From assembly GCA_037969075.1 (NCBI GenBank), contig JBBKWS010000005.1:1-17060 (forward strand): 17,060 nt of DNA. The letters are read 5' to 3'. Both the position numbers and the translations under genes were made by a program. The DNA comes from Bdellovibrionales bacterium (lineage in GTDB: Bacteria > Bdellovibrionota > Bdellovibrionia > Bdellovibrionales > UBA840). Positions 1-5,791 of the stretch are shown piece by piece; position 1 is the stretch's first letter, and the number at the start of each line of letters is the position of its first letter. Below the pieces are notes generated by a model. That model was not told the DNA's origin. It was given only the letters and a program-made list of their open reading frames with translations, and did not search any database.

Positions 1-11
1 AATGATGTCAT
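1..11 (-). CDS. Possible start of a gene running off the left edge (M-T-S-...), product unknown
   Basis: The minus strand reads GGGAGG-CTAA-ATG (SD at 21-16, ATG at 11-9), downstream of ilvA and in the same orientation. Only 3 codons are visible. Confidence 0.4.
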
Positions 12-107
12 TTAGCCTCCCAATAAATTATATAACCAAAATTACTATTCTGGTTTACTTGAAGGCAATTCTTTTTTATCAAATGACCATGAGTTGAAAA
101 TGAATTC

Positions 108-1313
108 TTAAACCTTGGCGCCTACGGCTCTAAGCTCTTGTTTAATCTCTTCAATATGCTCGTGACTGAAGGTTTCTAGTACAAATTCGATTTTTGTTTC
201 GTTTAACAACATTCCTGTTGCTAAACGGTCATGATAGACCTCTAAAATATTAGCACGCTTATCAGCAATAATTTTAGTCAGTTTACTTAAGCTCCCCGGC
301 TGATCTGCAATTCTAACTTCTAATTGCACAATTCGCCCTCTTCTCGAGAGTCCCTGATCAATAACCTTTGAGACAATATTCAAATCCACGTTACCACCAC
401 TAAGTACACAGCAGGTTTTTTTGCCCAGATCTAATTTTTTTTGAAATACAGCAGCCATTGAGGCTGCTCCACTGGCTTCAACGACCGTTTTGCATCTCTC
501 TAGTAAAAAGACCATGGCATCAGCCATCTCTTCTTCAGTAACTGTTACCATTTCATCTACATATTTTAATATATAATTATTAAGTATGTACTCATTGGGA
601 TGCTTAACCGCAATCCCATCTGCCATTGTTCCTGAGTTTTCAATATTGCTAACTATTTGTTTATTTAAAAAACTTTTTTGCATACTAGCGGTATTGGCGG
701 CCTGCACACCAATAATTTTAATTTTCGGATTTATGGTTTTAATAGCAGTAGCAATTCCACTGATCAAACCGCCTCCACCTACTGGAATTACAATCGAATC
801 AACTTCTTGCATTTGCTCCAAAAGCTCAAGCCCTATTGTACCTTGCCCTGCAATAATCAATGGATCCGCAAACGGAGGAATAAAAACCATGTTTTTTTCT
901 ACAGCTATTTTTTTTGCATACTCAAAGGCTTCATCAAAAATAGCACCATGTTGAATGATGCTTGCGCCATATCCTTTTGTGGCCAGTACTTTTACAAGGG
1001 GGGCCGACAGTGGCATGACAACGGTCGCAGGAATATTTAACCTACTTGCTGCATAGGCTACACCCTGCGCGTGATTACCGGCAGAACTACAAATAACTCC
1101 GCGTTTTCTTTCTTCGTCTGTAAGATTAGCGATGCGGTTGGTAGCACCTCTAATTTTAAAACTACCTGTTTTTTGTAAGTTTTCGAATTTTAAAAAAACT
1201 TCCAAGCCTGCTCTTTCGGAGCAGGACTTGGAATAGCGACACTCTGTCTTTCGAACGACGGCGGCTATTTTTTCTTGCGCTTCTTTGATGTCATCAATTG
1301 TTGCTATCTTCAT
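108..1313 (-). CDS. ilvA: Threonine ammonia-lyase (PLP-dependent, single C-terminal ACT domain), 401 aa
   Basis: PLP-Lys motif LKFENLQKTGSFKIRGA, plus SAGNHAQG, IAGQGTIGLE, PVGGGGLISG, ADGIAVK and LSGGNVD. The C-terminus is ACT-like (IADQPGSLSKL...ANILEVYHDR). Start moved to ATG 1313 (MKIATIDD), which overlaps the upstream stop as ATGA. Confidence 0.93.
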   Translation of the reverse strand: MKIATIDDIKEAQEKIAAVVRKTECRYSKSCSERAGLEVFLKFENLQKTGSFKIRGATNRIANLTDEERKRGVICSSAGNHAQGVAYAASRLNIPATVVMPLSAPLVKVLATKGYGASIIQHGAIFDEAFEYAKKIAVEKNMVFIPPFADPLIIAGQGTIGLELLEQMQEVDSIVIPVGGGGLISGIATAIKTINPKIKIIGVQAANTASMQKSFLNKQIVSNIENSGTMADGIAVKHPNEYILNNYILKYVDEMVTVTEEEMADAMVFLLERCKTVVEASGAASMAAVFQKKLDLGKKTCCVLSGGNVDLNIVSKVIDQGLSRRGRIVQLEVRIADQPGSLSKLTKIIADKRANILEVYHDRLATGMLLNETKIEFVLETFSHEHIEEIKQELRAVGAKV

Positions 1314-1540
1314 TTTGTCATCCACCAAACCGTTGAAAGCCCTATAATAGGTGCATACTCTCCTTGCATCCTGGGCGCTCGCTGTAAGTGCTCGGTGACT
1401 GCTTCTACACACTCTTCATCATAATAAAAGTATGGTGCAAACACCTTATTACACTTCGCGCAGCGGTCTACCCACTTTGCATGTTCACTAGTTGTTCCAC
1501 AGACATGGCAGCGTCTAAAGTGAGTTGATTTTTTACCCAC
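1310..1540 (-). CDS. Small hypothetical Zn-ribbon protein (CxxC-x12-CxxC), 76 aa
   Basis: GTG start preceded by a strong SD (AGGAGGT, 1552-1546). Motifs C11-H-V-C14 and C27-A-K-C30. Its TGA overlaps the ilvA ATG (ATGA). Confidence 0.8.
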   Translation of the reverse strand: MGKKSTHFRRCHVCGTTSEHAKWVDRCAKCNKVFAPYFYYDEECVEAVTEHLQRAPRMQGEYAPIIGLSTVWWMTK

Positions 1541-1619
1541 CTGGAACCTCCTAGTTGTTGTCCCATTCTACCAAAGTCTAGTCGAATATGCTCATGATCT
1601 TTAATAATTAATTTTAAAC

Positions 1620-1641
1620 CGTCAAATGACTTTTCGCGAAA
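1620..1641 (-). promoter_or_regulatory. Palindrome TTTCGCGAAA followed by a -35-like TTGACG, upstream of the Zn-ribbon/ilvA operon
   Basis: Perfect 10-bp palindrome at 1632-1641 and TTGACG at 1625-1620 on the minus strand. The -10 position is weak (TAAAGA/AAAGAT). Confidence 0.35.
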
Positions 1642-1670
1642 TGAATTAATGTAACGAATCCAAGGACTCA

Positions 1671-1696
1671 ACTCTTAGAGTCATTTTCTCATTTTG
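1671..1696. repeat. Downstream copy of an imperfect inverted repeat flanking the HUH gene
   Basis: The minus strand reads CAAAATGAG-aaaatgac-TCTAAG-agt, matching plus-strand 2272-2297 CAAAATGAG-ggccgaa-TCTAAG-tagt. Confidence 0.5.
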
Positions 1697-1702
1697 ACAC
1701 AG

Positions 1703-2257
1703 CTAACTTGTATTTAGCAGACGACCTCGTTTTTGATACGATATAAGTCCTAGTGCCTCCATCGTATTTTGGATTATATAGTTCTTAACTGTTTTAAAAT
1801 CTAGACCCAAAGCCACTACTCTAGAATATAAAATTAGCTCCCAGAACCTTCTTATATACTTTCTGGGGGCATTGCCCGCTTTTTTAACTTTAGATTTTTC
1901 CAAAGGGTATTTTCGTAAAATCTCTTGAGCCGAATGTCCGGCCAGAACTCGAAAGAAGTTCTGTAAATCGATTCTCTTTTTCCCTTTTACCAGCAAGTGT
2001 ATGTGATTAGAGCAAACCGCCCTCTGATAAATTTTAATCCGGAAGTGTTTTGCCGACCTATTAATAATAAAGTTTACTAGTGATGAATTTCTAAAAAGTG
2101 ATCTATTTCCTTTTGCTACTTCAGAGCGCAGGACAATATGAATAGGTTTTCCTATATCTATAGGCCGCTTCGTTTTTCTTCTCTTAATAGACAGTGCACC
2201 GCCATGCTCAATCCATCTTCTAGGAATATATGGATAGGGAGTTCGACTCTTGTTCAT
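1703..2257 (-). CDS. HUH-endonuclease, Y1 transposase family (IS200 TnpA/RAYT-like), 184 aa
   Basis: HUH motif NH85-I-H87-LLV, N-terminal PIHIVLR strand, RFW...YSRVV segment and catalytic-Tyr helix KNY160IIQN. The protein is very basic, and no tnpB is adjacent. Confidence 0.85.
   Translation of the reverse strand: MNKSRTPYPYIPRRWIEHGGALSIKRRKTKRPIDIGKPIHIVLRSEVAKGNRSLFRNSSLVNFIINRSAKHFRIKIYQRAVCSNHIHLLVKGKKRIDLQNFFRVLAGHSAQEILRKYPLEKSKVKKAGNAPRKYIRRFWELILYSRVVALGLDFKTVKNYIIQNTMEALGLISYQKRGRLLNTS
1863..1877. repeat. REP-like hairpin inside the HUH gene (minus strand GGGC-AAT-GCCC-CCAG; encodes AGNAPR)
   Basis: Plus-strand ctgggggcattgccc shares its core, in inverted orientation, with the hairpin at 2369-2385. 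Confidence 0.45.
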
Positions 2258-2269
2258 CCGTTTTGTTTA

Positions 2270-2286
2270 AGCAAAATGAGGGCCGA
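2270..2286 (-). promoter_or_regulatory. Sigma54 (-24/-12)-type promoter for the HUH gene
   Basis: Minus strand TC-GG-CCCTCATTTT-GC-T: exact GG-N10-GC spacing with TTGCT at -12. There are 13 nt between the -12 C and the ATG, and no SD. Confidence 0.55.
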
Positions 2287-2297
2287 ATCTAAGTAGT
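2272..2297. repeat. Upstream copy of the imperfect inverted repeat flanking the HUH gene
   Basis: CAAAATGAG (2272-2280) is the exact reverse complement of 1688-1696, and TCTAAG (2288-2293) of 1674-1679. Confidence 0.5.
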
Positions 2298-2360
2298 ATT
2301 TAGTAAGCTCTAAGAAAAAGGGGTTCGAATTTAGAAAGTAAAATCGGATTTTATTATTAG

Positions 2361-2390
2361 TTTACTGTCTGGGGCAATGCCTCAGGTAAA
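2361..2390. repeat. GC-rich imperfect hairpin (REP-like) between the REC-GAF gene and the HUH gene
   Basis: TTTAC-tgt-CTGGGGC-AAT-GCCTCAG-GTAAA: a 7-bp inner stem with one G-T pair plus a 5-bp outer stem. No U-tract follows on either strand. Confidence 0.6.
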
Positions 2391-2392
2391 GG

Positions 2393-3322
2393 CTAGGCAG
2401 CTTTTTTTAGAGCTAAAGAGTTCTCTAGATCAGAGCTGATCACAGTCGAGACAACATAAGAAAGCATTTGTGTAAACCTGATATCTCGATCAGAAAAGGA
2501 TGTTCTCTCTTTAGGTAATCTTGCAGATAATACGCCGAAAAATTTACCGTGCTTCCAAAGCGGCGCAACAATGATCGAGTTAAAACTAATCGTTTTTAGT
2601 TTTTCTTTTACCGCAGCCATCGCAGGGTCACCGTCCATGTTTTCGATAACCACCATTTTTTCAGTATTCATTACATGAATAACTTCGGCGTATCTATTTA
2701 AATCAATCTTCAACCCAAAAAGACCACGATCATCACTAGAGATCATCACATGACCTGTCAGGCGGTCATCGTCACATTTAATGATCGATACCCGAACTGC
2801 TTTTAGGGCAATCTCTAGCATCTTCGAGTGGTTAAATAAAATATCCTTAATACGTTTTGGCTGCACAGCTTCTTTTAAGACAAAGTTAATTAAGTGCACA
2901 AGGGTATTGTCCTCGGGGCCTTTCTTCTCCCCTTGCGGAACATTTCTTTGTCTTTGAATATGAAACACGAGCCTTGATAAAATATCTTCTTGCTTATATG
3001 GCTTTACAATGTAGTCATGCGCTCCGGCTTTCAAGGCCTGTCTAACATTTTCTACACTGTTATGGGATGAAGTGATGAATGTTTTAGTTACGATTTTTTT
3101 TTCTGCAGTGAACTTCAAAAAGTTTAATCCAAGGTAATCTTTAAGCATCATGTTCACTAGGCAAAAATGTGGGCGCCATTCAAGTGCAGCTTTTTGTAGC
3201 TCAACCCCACTAGTTTCAACACGAGTTTCAAAGCCACGTTCTTTCAAAAAATCGGCAAGCCGACGTGATGTCGTCGATTCATCCTCACCAATTAATACTT
3301 TGTAAGAGCTTCGTTCAGTCAT
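2393..3322 (-). CDS. Atypical response regulator: pseudo-receiver (Asp->Asn) plus GAF domain, no output domain, 309 aa
   Basis: Receiver motifs KVLIGEDE, RPHFCLVN57MML, TFITSS and ALKAGAHDYIVKPY. GAF C-terminus SIIVAPLWKHGKFFGVLSAR...FSDRDIRF. Confidence 0.85.
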   Translation of the reverse strand: MTERSSYKVLIGEDESTTSRRLADFLKERGFETRVETSGVELQKAALEWRPHFCLVNMMLKDYLGLNFLKFTAEKKIVTKTFITSSHNSVENVRQALKAGAHDYIVKPYKQEDILSRLVFHIQRQRNVPQGEKKGPEDNTLVHLINFVLKEAVQPKRIKDILFNHSKMLEIALKAVRVSIIKCDDDRLTGHVMISSDDRGLFGLKIDLNRYAEVIHVMNTEKMVVIENMDGDPAMAAVKEKLKTISFNSIIVAPLWKHGKFFGVLSARLPKERTSFSDRDIRFTQMLSYVVSTVISSDLENSLALKKAA

Positions 3323-3334
3323 AAGTTACTATAA

Positions 3335-3361
3335 GTTTCGGATTTTTATAGACTTTTCTTA
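3335..3361 (-). promoter_or_regulatory. Sigma28 (FliA)-like promoter for the REC-GAF gene
   Basis: Minus strand TAAG-N15-TCCGAAAC versus consensus TAAA-N15-GCCGATAA. It ends 12 nt before the ATG, and there is no SD. Confidence 0.5.
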
Positions 3362-3438
3362 ATATCAGACTTTGTCGCAGTTGTGAAAACTCGCCAAAAG
3401 TTGGTGACAGCAGTCGATCACAGACGCTAGATATTGGT

Positions 3439-4074
3439 ATGGCTTTTTTAGTATTCGAAGGTTTAGATGGAGCCGGAAAATCCTCACTCATTAAATTACT
3501 TGCAAGCGACCTTGATAGTTCGTCTATTCCCCACATAATCACTAGGGAACCGGGTGGCACTCCACTAGGCGAAGAACTACGTACTATTTTATTACGCACT
3601 GACGGCGATGCCCCTGTAGCAAGAGCTGAGCTCCTTCTTTACCAGGCAATTCGTGCACAGCATGTTGAAAATAAAATAAGGCCTGCACTCAATGCAGGGT
3701 CTTGGGTTATCTGTGATCGCTATACCGCCAGTTCGATTGCATTTCAGTCCGGTGGTCGTGGCATTTCAGAAGAGGATATTAAAACTCTAAATGATTTTTC
3801 TACGGGTAAGTTACTACCGCAATTGTCTGTACTACTAGATCTTCCTGTTGAGGAAAGTTTAAAGCGAATTCAAAAAAGAGTGGATAGCGGACAAAACAAA
3901 GACCGTTTTGAGCAGGAAGAAAAAGACTTTCATCAAAGAATCCGAACGAGCTATTTACAGCAAGCTAAAGACAATACAAAATCATGGATCGTACTAGACG
4001 CCACTAAATCTAGCGAAGATATGTACAAAGAACTCAAAGTAAAGCTTACGGAGAATCAATGGTTAAAATCCTAG
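3439..4074 (+). CDS. tmk: Thymidylate kinase, 211 aa
   Basis: P-loop FEGLDGAGKSS, TREPGGT, AELLLY..RAQH, VICDRY..SS.A.Q and DRFEQE. Confidence 0.97.
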   Translation: MAFLVFEGLDGAGKSSLIKLLASDLDSSSIPHIITREPGGTPLGEELRTILLRTDGDAPVARAELLLYQAIRAQHVENKIRPALNAGSWVICDRYTASSIAFQSGGRGISEEDIKTLNDFSTGKLLPQLSVLLDLPVEESLKRIQKRVDSGQNKDRFEQEEKDFHQRIRTSYLQQAKDNTKSWIVLDATKSSEDMYKELKVKLTENQWLKS

Positions 4075-5003
4075 CGCACTTTGGTATATACCAACAGCTT
4101 GCAAAAAACATTGAAGCGGGTAAGTTATTTCCAGTTTTATTGTTTTTTGGTCCAAGCGGTGTTGGCAAACGCCTGGTTGCAAAAACTTTGATTAAAGATT
4201 TGTTTTGTAAAACAAAGGACCACTGTGATGAATGTCCAAGCTGTATAAAAATTGAAAAAGAAGAGTTCGAGGGCTTTCACACCTTAAAACCAGACGGAAA
4301 GTTTATTAAAGTCGATGCCGTCAGAGACTTGCTACAAAAACTAAACTTACAAAACTTACACTCTGCTACCGCCATCTTGATTGAAGACGCTGAAAAATTA
4401 AATCCACAGGCTGCTAACGCACTATTAAAAACCTTCGAAGAACCGCCGCCTAATACATACTTTATCTTACTCTCAAACCAAGTGCAGTCTCTCTTGCCAA
4501 CAATAAGATCAAGGGCATTGCCAGTAGGATTTAGACGCTTAAGTAATGATGAACTAAAGACATTAAGTCCGGACGCACCCAATTGGACCATTCAAGCTAG
4601 CCAAGGAAGATTAGATATTCTTAAGTCTTACCTTGAAGAGGATTTATCCATTGAAAGAAAAAAAGCCTTAGAATTTGTGCAGCTACTTACAGAAAATAGC
4701 AAGTACACTGCGTTTCAAAAAATTAGAGAGTACATGAAAGATGATAGTAACTACATGCAGCTCAGTTTTTTCTTACAGTTGTTTTTTAGAGACGCTAGCG
4801 TGTATAAAATCAATCCTGTAAAAGCCTTTTTTCAAGACCAAAAATCCTTATTACAAAAATTCTCAGCTCTTGACTACGACAACTTAGAATCTCTTTTTCA
4901 AAAGAGTTTACAAATCGAAAGACAAATTTCAGCCAATCAAGATAAAGGACTCGTTTTAGAAAGTTTTTGGTTAGAGTCTAGAAAGCTATGTGCTAACTTA
5001 TGA
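4059..5003 (+). CDS. holB: DNA polymerase III subunit delta', 314 aa
   Basis: LLFFGPSGVGKR, Zn cluster C...CDECPSC, IKVDAVR, IEDAEKLNPQAANALLKTFEEPP and LLPTIRSR. Located after tmk. Confidence 0.92.
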   Translation: MVKILAHFGIYQQLAKNIEAGKLFPVLLFFGPSGVGKRLVAKTLIKDLFCKTKDHCDECPSCIKIEKEEFEGFHTLKPDGKFIKVDAVRDLLQKLNLQNLHSATAILIEDAEKLNPQAANALLKTFEEPPPNTYFILLSNQVQSLLPTIRSRALPVGFRRLSNDELKTLSPDAPNWTIQASQGRLDILKSYLEEDLSIERKKALEFVQLLTENSKYTAFQKIREYMKDDSNYMQLSFFLQLFFRDASVYKINPVKAFFQDQKSLLQKFSALDYDNLESLFQKSLQIERQISANQDKGLVLESFWLESRKLCANL

Positions 5004-5791
5004 CAATGCTTGGTTGGACAGATATTCACACCCATTTAAACATGCTAGAAGCCGGCGTTGAAGAAGGCTTAAATGCAGCTTTCGCAAATGGTGTTGACCG
5101 GGTCATTACTATCGGCACCCACCCAGATGACCTAGATATCGTGTATGATTTAGCTAAAAAATATGGCCCTAAAGTCTTTTGCACTTTAGGGATACATCCA
5201 CATGATGCCAATTTATATACAATTGAAGTTGAGAATAAAATTGTATCTAGGCTACCCACTCCACATGTGGTTGCTGTCGGTGAAATTGGTTTGGATTACT
5301 ATTACAAAAACTCTGAAATAGATGTGCAAAAAAAAGTTTTTAGACGGCAACTTGAAATCGCGCAAGAATACAAGCTCCCTGTAGAGATTCATACAAGAGA
5401 CGCCGAACAAGACACCATTGATATCTTAAATGAAGTCAGTTCAACGTGGACAGGAGTACTACACTGTTTTACCGGCACACAATATTTGGCAGATGAAGCA
5501 TTAAAGTTGGGATTAGATATCTCTGTAAGTGGTGTTGTTACGTTTAAAAGTGCTGACAGTTTAAGAGAAGTTATCAAGACGGTACCTTTGGATCGGCTTC
5601 ATGTCGAAACCGATGCCCCGTTTTTAGCGCCAGTTCCTATGCGTGGAAAGAAAAATCAGCCTGCTTTTGTTGTACACACAGCTGCGTTTTTAGCAGGCCT
5701 TAAGGGAGTGGAGCTTGAAGTTTTGAAACAACAAGTCCACCTAAATAATCTTCGTACATTTCCTAAATTAACGTCTATCGCTATTACCTAG
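5000..5791 (+). CDS. tatD: TatD family metal-dependent deoxyribonuclease/hydrolase (YcfH-like), 263 aa
   Basis: DIHTHL, GIHPH, VGEIGLDYY, HTRDAE, VLHCFTG and ETDAPFLAP. ATGA overlap with holB. Confidence 0.93.
   Translation: MTMLGWTDIHTHLNMLEAGVEEGLNAAFANGVDRVITIGTHPDDLDIVYDLAKKYGPKVFCTLGIHPHDANLYTIEVENKIVSRLPTPHVVAVGEIGLDYYYKNSEIDVQKKVFRRQLEIAQEYKLPVEIHTRDAEQDTIDILNEVSSTWTGVLHCFTGTQYLADEALKLGLDISVSGVVTFKSADSLREVIKTVPLDRLHVETDAPFLAPVPMRGKKNQPAFVVHTAAFLAGLKGVELEVLKQQVHLNNLRTFPKLTSIAIT

Noticed and set aside
586..1040. Plus-strand ORFs 586-954 and 678-1040
   Set aside because: Antisense shadows of ilvA with no motifs or RBS.
1314..1412. 33-aa N-terminal extension of ilvA in the ORF track
   Set aside because: It overlaps the Zn-ribbon gene. 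Homology-like sequence begins at MKIATIDD (ATG 1313), which has an ATGA coupling.
1468..1671. 67-aa minus-strand ORF
   Set aside because: It overlaps the better-supported Zn-ribbon gene in another frame, has no SD or motif, and spans the likely promoter region.
2236..2332. tRNA T-loop-like strings GAGTTCGACTC (2239-2249) and GGGTTCGAAT (2321-2330)
   Set aside because: No full T-stem, acceptor stem, anticodon arm or CCA, so neither a tRNA nor an att-site remnant can be supported.
1541..2392. Canonical IS605/IS200 element with tnpB or omega-RNA
   Set aside because: No RuvC/TnpB ORF is adjacent. The 76-aa Zn-ribbon ORF has its own SD, is coupled to ilvA and lacks the TnpB RuvC-III (DxNAA) motif.
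4513..4522. Third GGGCATTGCC copy inside holB
   Set aside because: It falls in codons directly following the conserved TIRSR motif, has only a 3-bp stem and lacks the flanking similarity, so it is probably coincidence.
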